Shown here piece by piece: positions 1 to 11,435 of a DNA stretch of 36,709 nt (position 1 is the stretch's first letter; each line of letters starts with the position of its first letter). The notes beneath the pieces were generated by a model. It made no database searches. It was not told where the DNA came from and saw nothing but the letters and a program-made list of their open reading frames with translations. The translations under genes and the position numbers were made by a program. The stretch covers positions 1-36,709 of the forward strand of contig NW_021824660.1 in the NCBI RefSeq assembly GCF_006345805.1. The letters are read 5' to 3'. This stretch comes from Octopus sinensis. Its lineage: Eukaryota.

Positions 1-260
1 TTCATCCAATTGTCATCATCGTCATCATCAGTATCATCATCATCATCATCATCATCATCCTCTTCTTAGTCTTTTCTTCTTCTTCGTCTTCTTCTTCTTC
101 TTCTTCTTTTTCTCCTTCTCCTTCATCATCATCACCATCATCATCATCTTCTTGTTCTTTTTCTCTTTCCTCTTGCCCGCCCCCGCCTCGTCCTCCTCTT
201 CCCCCACATGTTCAATCTTCTCTCCCTTGACTGTTCTCACAACACTTCTCTCTCTCTCTC
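1..260. repeat. Compound (CAT)n/(CTT)n/(CT)n simple repeat
   Basis: Runs of catcat, cttctt and ctct are directly visible; the K/E/M-rich ORF 55-240 is their translation. Confidence 0.9.
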
Positions 261-402
261 TCCTCTACTTCTTTTCATTTCCTCTCCTACCGTGCCCCCC
301 ATCCCTATCCCCCTCCTATCCATCCCTATTCATCCCTTCAGCGTTTTGCATTTATTGATACTCTTTTGTTTCTTTTTCCTGGTGTGCGGTAGATGTGGCG
401 TA

Positions 403-462
403 GCACACACACACACACACACACAGACACACACACATACATACATTCATCATACATATATG

Positions 463-497
<35 letters not shown>

Positions 498-505
498 ATT
501 ATACT

Positions 506-541
<36 letters not shown>

Positions 542-890
542 ATACATACGGACAAACATACATACACAAAAACACGATTGTATGTATGTGCCCGCATTTG
601 TACAGTTAAACATATATACGCACATATAAATATACATACGTATATAGATATGTGTATATATATGTATATATATATATAATGTATAAATATATATATATAT
701 ATACATATATACATATACATATATATTTATATATATATATATATATAAGTATGTATATATACATACATACACACATATACATATATATATACACATATAT
801 TCATTTATGTATAAATATATATATATGTATAAATATATATATATACATATATACATATACATATATATTTATATATATATATATATACAT

Positions 891-923
<33 letters not shown>

Positions 924-1210
924 CACATACATTCATTTATGTACTAGAAATTGTGGGCATACTTATATATATTAATATATGTATATATATATAAATATAC
1001 ACAACCACACACATACACACACAAATATACATGTATATGTACATACATATGATTTTATATGGTTCTATGCAGGTGTAATAATATGAGTGCGTGTGTATGT
1101 ATGTATGCGTGTGCTTACAATACATATTTATATGTATATGTACACACACACACACACAGACACACTGACACACATATATGTATGTATGTATAAATACATA
1201 TATACTTACA
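403..1210. repeat. Compound (CA)n/(TA)n microsatellite field
   Basis: Continuous acac/atat/gtgt dinucleotide runs; these give the YI/HT/CV ORFs. Confidence 0.95.
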
Positions 1211-1569
1211 TATGCGCCGTTTGCGTATGCACCCACAGCAATGTATATAAGTGTACTTGAAATTTGCAGTCAGATTTTGTGTGTATTTGTTTGTAAGATG
1301 GCGAGTTGCAGAGTTGGGGAAGAAATGAAGGAAAAAAAGAATTAAATAAATAAACATTTGATGTATCGAATGTTAAGTGGCCATTGTCAGAATGGAATCG
1401 TAAATAATGAAAAGCCGAATTGGAAAATATGCACACACACACAGTCTCACACAAAGGCAGACACGCATTCACATGAAGACACACACACACATACATAGAC
1501 ACAGTCAAACAAACGCACAAAAGCTGAAACGAGAAAAAAATTCAACACAAAAATGAAGTCGACACAACA

Positions 1570-1674
1570 CTATCAACAACGATAACAAGAACAAGAACAA
1601 GAACAGCAACAGCAACAGAAACTACAATACATGCTTGTAGAGAGAGATATGATATATATATGTATATGTATATA

Positions 1675-1718
<44 letters not shown>

Positions 1719-2146
1719 TATACACACACATATATATATATATGTATATATATGAATATATATATATATGTATATATATATGAGCGTGTGTGTTCACATA
1801 TATATATGTATATATATATATAATATATATATATATATGTATGTATATGCATGGATGTGTGTGTGTGTGTGCGTAAAATGTTATAAGATATTTTCAAAAG
1901 TATTGAAAAACTGAAGAACCAATCAGATTCACATTGAATTGTACAGAATCTATGGCGAAACACATTGAATGGCCTGCCGTAAAGTATTTATAAATGCATA
2001 AATATATATACAGATGTACCAATATACGCATCTATATATATATATATATATATATATGCAGCTATAATATATATATATAGATATATATATATATGCAGAT
2101 ATATATATACATAGATAATATATGCATATACATATAAATACACACA

Positions 2147-2185
<39 letters not shown>

Positions 2186-2187
2186 TA

Positions 2188-2245
<58 letters not shown>

Positions 2246-2260
2246 ATATACAGAGAGAGA
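1570..2260. repeat. (ACA/GCA)n and long (TA)n microsatellites with a short unique spacer at about 1870-2010
   Basis: Direct inspection; long near-pure (TA)n at about 2150-2250. Confidence 0.9.
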
Positions 2261-3119
2261 AGTGAGAGATAGGTAGAAAGACACCTATATAGATAGATAG
2301 ATTGTTTGATACATATGTATATATACATATGATGCAATATGCTTAAACACGCACTGGGGATTGTATACACATTATTACATATCAATAGCAATCAGCATAT
2401 TTGTACATAATCTATGGCACACATACATTTCCTTTCAGTTCTTTCTTTCACACATACTGAGAATCGCATACACAAACACACACACACACACACACATGTA
2501 TATATATACGCACACACAAACCCACAAACCCGTACATTTTCACACTCAAAATATGCCTACAACAAAACAGCCATATATATATATATATATATATATATAC
2601 TTTTCGATGCATAATCTGACACATTAACAAACTTTCTGTAATTCTCTCTCAAACACATTCTCAAACACTCTTGTTTCCCTTTCTGTTACACACACACACA
2701 CACACACACACACACTCAAACACACACGCACGCACACACATACTCACACACACGCACGCACACACTGCTCGTTGTTTTTCACTAACACCTATACATGCAT
2801 TCACATTTGAAAACAGACACATGCTCACTCTGATATACATTCCAGTATACACACTTGGTCAGACGCACTTATTAGAAATTGTGTGGTTTTTTCAACATGA
2901 CTCGAGGTGTTGTTGTTGTTGTTTTTGTTGTTGAAGAGGATGGTTTCAGCTCTTTTTTTTTTTTTTTCATAAACGTTAATATCTATTCTGCTGCAGAGTC
3001 TAGTGTGGTTTCTCTTATTCCTATCTTTCTTTCTTTCTTTCTTTCTTTCTGTCTTTCATTTTTTCTATTTTCTTTCTATATGTTATGGCGTTGGTGGTTG
3101 CCAGGGGCTGTCTATTAGA

Positions 3120-3290
3120 AGAGTCGTTAGAACAGCACAGACAGATTTTATTGCAAATATATTGCAGCTCTTACATTCTTAGTTCAAATCCGATCGAGGT
3201 CAGCTTCGTCTTTGATCTTTTGGGGGGTCGATAAATGAAAGCAAATATAAGGTCACCTACTAGGTCGATAGTATTGATTAAATATTTCCA
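3120..3290 (+). mobile_element. Degraded SINE family C copy
   Basis: agttcaaatccgatcgaggtcagcttcgtctttgatcttttggggggtcgataaa resembles gttcaaattccgccgaggtcgactttgcctttcatcctttcggggtcgat at about 35946-35995. Confidence 0.65.
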
Positions 3291-3346
3291 ATCAATGTTA
3301 CTGTAGATGTGCTCATATTAGAAAAAGATAGTCACACACACGCGTG

Positions 3347-3396
<50 letters not shown>

Positions 3397-3398
<2 letters not shown>

Positions 3399-3808
3399 CT
3401 GTGTGGTAAGTAGCTTGCTTACGAACCACATGGTTCCGGGTTCAGTCTCAATGCATGGCACCTTGGGCAAGTGTCTTCTGCTATAGCCTCGGGCCGACCA
3501 AAGCCTTGTGAGTGAATTTGGTAGACGGAAACTAAAAGAAGCCCGTCGTATATATGTATGTATATATATATATATGCGTGTGTGCGCGCGTCTGTTTGTG
3601 TGTCTGTGTTTGTCCCCCTGGCATTGCTTGACAGCCGATGCTGGTGTGTTTACCTCCCTGTCACTTAGCGGTTCGGCAAAAGAAACCGATAGAATGAGTA
3701 CTGGGCTTACAAAGAATAAGTCCCGGGGTCGAGTTGCTCGACTTAAGGCGGTGCTCCAGCATGGCCGCAGTCAAATGACTGAAACAATTAAAATTAAAAG
3801 AGTAAGAG
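3397..3808 (+). mobile_element. SINE family A (tRNA-like head, CORE-like ccttgggcaagt motif, internal microsatellite, conserved 3' half)
   Basis: Head ggctgtgtggtaag...ccgggttcagtc; body gcaccttgggcaagtgtcttct...gacggaaactaaaagaagcccgtcg; (TA/TG)n; tail ...aaggcggtgctccagcatggccgcagtcaaatgactgaaac. Six other copies lie in the window. The CORE resemblance is from memory. Confidence 0.9.
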
Positions 3809-3861
3809 TAATATATATATATATGTATGTATATCTATCTATCTATCTATCTGTATTATTT

Positions 3862-3951
3862 ACATTATTTAAAATTGACGGATATTTGTCCTCATCGTGT
3901 TTGTTGTTAACACAACGTTTCGGCTGATATATCTTCCAGCCTTCATCAGAT
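3862..3951 (-). ncRNA. Minimal (Penelope-type) hammerhead ribozyme-like motif in an inverted copy of the adjacent element's tail
   Basis: Minus strand reads AUAU-CUGAUGA-A-GGCUG-gaagauauau-CAGCC-GAAAC-GUU-GUGU: core boxes, 5-bp stem II, palindromic AACGUU stem III and a 4-bp stem I with two GU pairs. Confidence 0.6.
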
Positions 3952-3984
3952 ATATAAGCCCTAAAATTCCCTCCATCTTTTCCA

Positions 3985-4224
3985 ACGAGCAATATGGAGC
4001 GTAGTGGTTAAGAGCACGGGATACTAACCCTAAGATTCCGAGTTCGATTCCAGGCAGTGACTTGAATAATGATAATAATAATAACAACATCAAAAAATGG
4101 CTTAGGAATGAGAACCCAGGTTCAAAATGTCCCCATCTGATGAAGTCTTGAGGGAATATCAGCCGAAATGTTGCGTTAACAACAAACAAGACGAGGACAA
4201 ATATCTGTCAAATGTAAATAATGA
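3985..4224 (+). mobile_element. tRNA-headed SINE-like element with a hammerhead-containing 3' tail
   Basis: A-box-like tggagcgtagtggtta at about 3990-4005; B-box gagttcgattcc 4040-4051; (AAT)n linker; tail with ctgatgaa 4137-4144 and gaaa 4165-4168 that is the inverted homologue of 3862-3951. Confidence 0.7.
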
Positions 4225-4336
4225 ACATAATTCCTTATATAGAACTGTACTATCTATATTTATCTATATCTATCTATCTATCTATATATATATATGTATA
4301 TATATATACACACATATATATATATATATATATATA

Positions 4337-4643
4337 TCACCGTGATCACCGTGACCGACCAGACCATCAGATGTTGCTACACATCGCTGGTCACAATGCG
4401 TTTGCATTGTTTTAGCCTTCGGACGACGCCACCCCGCTGGCTAAGCGAGCAGGCCAACTGAAGAAAGATTGAGAGAAAGAGTGGTGAAAGAGTACAGCAG
4501 GGATCACCACCCCCTGCCGGAGCCTCGTAGAGCTTTTAGGTGTTTTCGCTCAATAAACACACACAACGCCCGGTCTGGGAATCGAAACCGCGATCCTACG
4601 ACCGCGAGTCCGCTGCTCTAACCACTGGGCCATTGCGCCTCCA
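4337..4643 (-). mobile_element. SINE family B, tail type 1 (tRNA-derived)
   Basis: Minus strand begins tggaggcgcaatggcccagtggttagagcagcgg...ggtttcgattcc (A and B boxes). About the first 180 nt match 9001-9183. It ends in a short repeated tcacggtga. Confidence 0.9.
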
Positions 4644-4649
4644 CTATAT

Positions 4650-4654
4650 ATATG

Positions 4655-4689
<35 letters not shown>

Positions 4690-4751
4690 GTGTGTATATA
4701 TATATATATATATTATATATAATATATATATTATATATATATATATATATG

Positions 4752-4836
<85 letters not shown>

Positions 4837-4839
4837 TAT

Positions 4840-4875
<36 letters not shown>

Positions 4876-4900
4876 ATATATATATAATATATATATATAT
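4650..4900. repeat. (TA)n microsatellite
   Basis: About 250 nt of imperfect TA repeat. Confidence 0.95.
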
Positions 4901-5283
4901 GGTAAATATATTCGAGAAGTCACTTGAGGGGAGGCATCTGCATTTATGATGCATGACAATTGTGATACCGCATCTGACCTGTAAGCTGCCATCTCCTGAA
5001 TTCCATTTTCTGTCTCTCTCATATATTCTCTAAAATCTACGGACGCAGAGGAATTCCCGTAAACCCAGTGGCATATAAGTCGATGCAGCTGTTGACATCA
5101 GAAATCCGAATATTTTGAATAGGCTTTCAACAGCATACTACGCAATGTTTATCTGAATATAAGACCACAACGCACCGGCCTGTACGGGAACTGAACCCAA
5201 GTGCAAGTCCAAGCGATCATGAGTGCAACACACGAGAAGAAAAACACGCGATTTCACACACAGACACACTGACACACACAATC

Positions 5284-5322
<39 letters not shown>

Positions 5323-5331
5323 GTATATGTA

Positions 5332-5399
<68 letters not shown>

Positions 5400-5408
5400 T
5401 GTATTATA

Positions 5409-5667
5409 GGCGCAAGAGTGGGTGTGGGGTAAGCACCTTACTTACCAACCATATGGGATCCGGGTTCAGTCCACAGCCTGGGTCCTTAGGTAAGTTTGGC
5501 CAACCGATGTTAGTGTGTTTTCGTCACCGCAAACTAGTGGTTCGTCGAAAGAGACCGATAGAATAAGTACTTGGCTTGCAAGAAATACGTCCTGGGCTCG
5601 ATTTCTTTTCGACTAAAGGCGGTGCTCCAGTATGGCCGCAGCCATATGAAAGAAAAAGAGTAAGAGA
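5409..5667 (+). mobile_element. SINE family A copy with internal deletion
   Basis: The head ggcgcaagagtgggtgtggggtaag...ccgggttcagtc joins directly to the 3' half ccaaccgatgttagtgtg...aaggcggtgctccagtatggccgcag; the core and the internal microsatellite are missing. Confidence 0.8.
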
Positions 5668-5679
5668 CCAATATATAAG

Positions 5680-6060
5680 TATATACATTTATATGTATAT
5701 ATATATATGTTCACATATATATATATATATTATATATATATATATATATATGTGAATACATAAATATATATATATATATACATGAATACATACATATATA
5801 TATGTGTGTGTGTGTACGTATATATCAATATGTACATCTGTACGTATGTATAAAAGAATGCGTCTCTGTTTGTATATTCCGGATGTATGCATAAATTTTT
5901 TTTCATGTTTTACTTATTAAAAATTATTATTTAAATTTGCGTAAAGGCTATTCAAACAAACCGACAAAAGCATTGAATCACGTACAAACAAAAATAAACA
6001 AACACGAAGACAACATATTTATGGAAACACTGGCTGCAGACAGCAACACGCACACACACG

Positions 6061-6096
<36 letters not shown>

Positions 6097-6526
6097 CACA
6101 CACACAGACATGTATGTGTATATATATATAAACACACATATATATAAACACATATGTATGTATATATGTACACGCTCGTTTGTACAACTTACATGCACAC
6201 ACGTTCGTTATTCTGTGTATTCCTCAAAATAGCAATTCTTATATATGTTTGTGTGTGTATGTGTGTGAGTTAGTGTATATATATATATGTGTGTGTGTGT
6301 TTGTGTATATATATATATATACATATGTGTAAAAAATACGTACATAAAAGCAATCAAAGTCAACTTTAAATATATATATATATGTGATTATATATACATA
6401 TATATATATATATATGGATATATATATATGTATATATGTATTTTGTATGCCTGTATATGTATGTTTCTATTAAATGTATGTATAAATCCACGCATACTTA
6501 CACACGCACACACACACTCACAAACG

Positions 6527-6561
<35 letters not shown>

Positions 6562-6744
6562 GCACACACACATAAACACACTTATAATATGCACTTCCAT
6601 ATACGCATATAGGCATTCATACACATGTACATTGCGAGAGAATTAGACAGAAAGGGGGGTAGAAAGTGAGAGATGGTGTGTGTGTGTGTTGATTTGTTTG
6701 TTTGTGTATGTATATAAATATATATATATATGTATATATATACA

Positions 6745-6775
<31 letters not shown>

Positions 6776-6790
6776 GTCTGTGCTTGTGTG
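5680..6790. repeat. Interspersed (TA)n/(CA)n/(CT)n/(TATG)n microsatellite field
   Basis: Direct inspection. Confidence 0.85.
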
Positions 6791-6939
6791 TGTTGGCGTG
6801 TATTTTCTCATAGTTTAGTGAAAAGTTTTGTTTTGAATAAAAATTCACTTCACACGTCAAAAACTCTGAAAGTGTCAATAGAAAAATAGAGAAAAGATGA
6901 AAGATAAATAGAACTATCTTAACATTAAAAAAAAACCAA

Positions 6940-7122
6940 GGAACGCACACAACAATAACAACAAGAACAACAACACCAACAGGTTTCACATCTAACTTCA
7001 GCAACGTCACCCTCGTCAGCAAGAATAACAACCATTACCACCACCATTACCACCACCACCACAATAACAACAACAATGGACATCATCTTCATCATCATCA
7101 CCACCATCATCATCACCACCAC

Positions 7123-7158
<36 letters not shown>

Positions 7159-7159
7159 T

Positions 7160-7191
<32 letters not shown>

Positions 7192-7220
7192 CATCATCAT
7201 CACCACCACCACTACACCAC

Positions 7221-7281
<61 letters not shown>

Positions 7282-7310
7282 GCCACTAGCATCATCGGCA
7301 TCAGTATCAC
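6940..7310. repeat. (CAT)n/(CAC)n/(CAA)n trinucleotide repeat
   Basis: Long catcatcat run at about 7080-7280; source of the poly-D/M/I/S ORFs. Confidence 0.95.
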
Positions 7311-8194
7311 CGGCGTCATTATCCAGAATATCAAAGTCATCTGAATCAAAATACATTTTCTCACTGTTTTTCCCGTAAATAAAACGCGTTGTATGCATTT
7401 CCCTTGCGAGATGATGTTATATAAAGGCTGGCTAATGTTTTCCAAGACGTGCATATTTAGAAGAAAAAAAAATGTCTAGGGCTTACTACATACAACGCGG
7501 CATTTTTGTCCATTATGCCGTTTGTGAAATTCCTATGAGTCCGCCATTATATTTCAAATATCATTGCGTTTAAATATTTTATTTTTAATTGCATCACCAT
7601 TTATTTTTGTCATAAACAAATAGCATAGTTTTGATAAGGATGACAACTTCAACAACTAGAGAATACCCCCTCACGCATCTTTTCAAAATATGAAAATCCG
7701 ATGATAAATAATAAAAAAATTATATTTTTTGTAACGAAGGTATAAATGAAAACGTTATATTTGCATCGGGTAAAAGTTTGGAATTATTGCATAAAGGATT
7801 TAATTGAAAAGTCGTGTATGACTGGTATCTATTCAGATTTAATGTTGTTGTTTATTGTTTAAAGATTCAGGAAATCGCGAGGAGATTCAGAAAATGGAGA
7901 TTCGAAAAATCGCATGATTCAACAATACATCGTAGTAAAACCGCTACAGGTAGAAAGGCTATGTCCTTCTATCGCGTTTGTCGGTTTCCGGAAGTGAGGG
8001 CAAAGTGAACTTCGCAACTGGGGCTTGTTCTAAAAAAAAAAAAATGTTGATTCTTCGGTTCCTGCTACTGATGTCTCTAATATTCTTTGCCCTGTTTCTG
8101 AAGAAAATTCCTCGGTCATAGAAACCATACAAATGCCCTTTACAGCAACGCCTGAAAAAGGAGGAGCAGATTGAAATAAGGAGGAAACAAAAGT

Positions 8195-8316
8195 AGCAGG
8201 AACAAGAGCAAGGAAAGAAAGGGAGAGGGATAGACAAGAGACAGGAAGGGACAGAGAGAGAAAGAGAGAGAGAGACAGAGGGACAGAGAGAGGAAGCGGG
8301 AGGAAAAAAGAGAGAA

Positions 8317-8350
<34 letters not shown>

Positions 8351-8360
8351 AGAGAAAATG
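8195..8360. repeat. Purine-rich (GA)n tract
   Basis: gagaga runs with a purine-only bias on the + strand. Confidence 0.9.
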
Positions 8361-9000
8361 GTTTATTGGTGAATCGGTTCAAGAAGGAGAGCTCACATTT
8401 TCGGTGAACATGTAAATAGCATTGAAACTTCTCACAAATTAATTTTAACTGTGGTTATTAAAGGTTATATTCTTTAAAAAAAAACGCTTGATGGAATGGT
8501 CAAATCTGGATCATATATTATAACACTTTTGGTCGTCGTATGCGACTGATGAAGGGGTTCAAATCAGCAACAATGATTAATAGAGACACTAGGAAATCTC
8601 TCTGATGAGGTGACGATAGAAAGAAAATAACTGCTACATTCAAGGCTGCCATTTTGAGAATCGTAAAAACCTGGGCAACAATTCTTAAACTTAAAACTAA
8701 GAGCGGAACAAACTTTTCCGATGCTATAAATATTTAAAATGGAATATTCCAAGGAGATAATCATTCTGTAATTCTGTTCATTTTGGCATTAAGTCGATTA
8801 TCAGCCCTGCTTCAAAAATCAAATGGTTACATGCTAGGATTTGCATCTGCTTAAGTTTTATGTTAAAAAGGTTAATAATGTTAAAAAAACATTTTCAGCT
8901 GATACAGTAATCGAATTTAACCAAAAGAAATGTGCATATTTTGTTGTTGAACGGGTAATATAAGTCCCAATAACCCTAACAGTGTACGTCAATGGTCTTG

Positions 9001-9300
9001 TGGAGGCATATGGCCTAGTGGTTAGAGCAGCAGACACGCGGTCGAGGGATCGCGGGTTCGAATCTCAGACCGGGCGATGTGTGTGTTTATGAGCGAAATA
9101 ACTAAGCTCCACGCGGCTCCGGCAGAAGGTAATGGCGAACTTCTGCTGACTCTTTCGCCACAACTTTCTCTCACTCTTTCCTCCTGCACCTTGCAGCTCA
9201 CCAGTGATGTACCGGCGTCCCGTCCAGGTGAGGAACCTATACGCCAAGGAAACCGGGAAACCGGCCCTTATGTGCCAGGCATGGTGCTAGAAGGAACAAA
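9001..9300 (+). mobile_element. SINE family B, tail type 2
   Basis: A-box tggcctagtgg and B-box ggttcgaatct; the head and body match the 4337-4643 copy, but the 3' 120 nt (gatgtaccggcgtcccgtccagg...gaaaccgggaaaccggccc) differ. Confidence 0.9.
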
Positions 9301-9369
9301 CAATGCACCAATGGTCTCAATATCTCTCCTGTCACCCGCCATGAAAGGTACTCTACAGGTTAGCTAGGT

Positions 9370-9870
9370 ATTGATGAAAATGTCTCATACGAAGGTACTG
9401 GAAATGAAGATTGAAAGAATCGAGAATATTATATCAGTCTTGAAACAATATAACAGGTGGAAATCTCCTCTCACAGCAGAGTGTCCAAAATACCTCAGCA
9501 GTAGCAGTGTTAATTCCAGCATTTGGGAAACTTATCTGTTGAAGAAATCTATTCCATAGACGTTAAAACCCACAAGATACTGACAGCAACTAAAAATCTC
9601 CGTACAAATAGCTGTGCCTTTCGTAGAACTTAAGGAGATAGAGTTTTAAGCTCAGTTTACAAAGCCTTCGAATAAATACATTAACTTAGTGCTGTAAAAT
9701 GAAGAAAACATTTTTCTACTTGTCGGTAGCCAGTTCTTGGGGAAGCATCTCGTCCTGATGACCTCTCATTCAACCCCCAAACGGTCGGCCTAACATACAT
9801 CAAAGAAGACCTGGATGGTTCTTGAAAACAACTAACCCCGATACATATAGATCTCTCAGGTTTCATATAT
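9370..9870 (+). pseudogene. Heavily decayed non-LTR (RTE-like) reverse transcriptase 3' remnant
   Basis: KYLSSS at about 9488-9505 resembles the RT motif (F)KYLGS. Downstream LSFNPQTVGLTYIKEDL resembles the RTE C-terminal ...TYI..L.ED. Many stops and frameshifts. Confidence 0.4.
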
Positions 9871-9879
9871 AAACAAGAG

Positions 9880-10100
9880 GGTGCCGAAAAGTAACCGGAA
9901 ACGTTCTATATGAGACAAGCACGTTGTATTTCCGGCTTTCCTCGCTAGAAGAGACTTGATGGGCTCCTCTGGAGCGGTAATACTGGCTTTCTCTGGAGCG
10001 GTAATACTGCCACGTGGTGCCTCTTTGTTTTGCAGTGCTTCTGCCCTGTTCGTCGATTTTTGCCATGGCTAAATCGAAGGAACAGCAAAAAAAAAAACAC

Positions 10101-10141
<41 letters not shown>

Positions 10142-10145
10142 TGTG

Positions 10146-10180
<35 letters not shown>

Positions 10181-10260
10181 GTGTTTTAGCCAGAAAAAAA
10201 ATTACCATTACTCAATTTGTTCGGGGTTGAAACGATTCCGTTTTTTTGGACGCCATCACA
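9880..10260 (+). mobile_element. 5' fragment of a mariner-like DNA transposon
   Basis: TIR-like gagggtgccgaaaagtaaccggaa at about 9887-9910; gccATGgctaaatcgaaggaacag (MAKSKEQ, like the mariner start M..xxEQR); after a (GT)n, ttgaaacgattc (LKRF, like FKRF). Confidence 0.55.
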
Positions 10261-10771
10261 ATCGCTTAATTAAAAATTTATCTCTTACTACATAATTGAT
10301 TACTTTGAGATGAGAAAATAATTTCAAGAAATAGCTAGATTAAGGTGTTTCTATAGAAGTGTTAATCATCAGCAGTTACTCTCAGTTCATAGATTTTATT
10401 AGCGTCGAATAAACGTATTAGGAACACACACATTAACGCTAAATTAGAGATTATGAATTACTATAGATCACCAAAAATTACTCCAGGTTGTACATATTCA
10501 ACGCGACAAAGTGAAAGAAATGGTTACGTAATATTAGAGGCTGAGTGATTGATAGTTTATTAATGATTCCTATTAGCGTGAAAATGCATTCGCCAAGAAA
10601 GTATTAAATGGAAAGATCTGATGCGAGGTTTATGATATATGGCACTTATTGTAATGTCACTGCTAATTGTCAGTCTCTGACTATCTATGTGTGTGTGTAT
10701 ATATATATATATATACATGCATCAAATGAAATAAAAAAACAGAACACAAAGGATGTCGCGGTAGGACGTAC

Positions 10772-10774
<3 letters not shown>

Positions 10775-10843
<69 letters not shown>

Positions 10844-10960
10844 TGTGTGTGTGTATGTGTGTGTGTGTATGTATGTGTGTGTGCGTGTGGGTGTGTATGT
10901 ATATATATCTATATATAATATATATATCTATCTATCCGTATATATATATATATGTATATA

Positions 10961-10991
<31 letters not shown>

Positions 10992-11055
10992 GTATGTATA
11001 TATATGTATATATATATATATGTGTGTATGTACGCGTATGTGCATGTGTGTGTAA
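10775..11055. repeat. (TA)n/(TG)n microsatellite
   Basis: Direct inspection. Confidence 0.9.
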
Positions 11056-11332
11056 TTATTAACTCATTATCTCTTTAACTAGTTTCAGCTCCAAAGCTGA
11101 GGTTATGCATGCGGATTACTGTTGGCTTTGACACACCTCTGTTATTTGAAACCTCCTCTAAATATTCAAATATATATATATATATTTGAGTAATTGAATG
11201 AGTTATCTTATTAAGGATAATTCGAAAGATAACCGATACCTGGGTAGCAAATTCACATCAGAAAGAACACGGTTGAAGCTACGTCTCTAGGGCATAGACT
11301 ACGTGTCTTCGTGCGGAAATTTGTATGTTTAT

Positions 11333-11435
11333 TTTAAAATTATAAGTATATGAAAGAATGGAGTTGAACGACTAGTTGAGGATATTTGTTAACTAGTCGT
11401 TCAACTCCATTCTTTCATATACTTATAATTTTAAA
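11333..11435. repeat. Perfect inverted repeat, 45-bp arms and 13-nt loop
   Basis: 11333-11377 (tttaaaattataagtatatgaaagaatggagttgaacgactagtt) is the exact reverse complement of 11391-11435; loop gaggatatttgtt. Confidence 0.97.

Noticed and set aside
3990-4060. tRNA gene
   Set aside because: A and B boxes are present, but there is no convincing acceptor stem or cloverleaf and no T-run terminator; it continues into a repeat tail, so it is a SINE head.
8540-8610. Two ctgatga motifs as possible hammerheads; an antisense miR-315-like string
   Set aside because: No stem II closing onto a GAAA box; the miRNA similarity is partial and there is no precursor hairpin.
11255-11330. Degenerate hammerhead on the minus strand next to the perfect hairpin
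   Set aside because: The core boxes are too mutated (acgaaga/gagac) and stem II cannot be paired.
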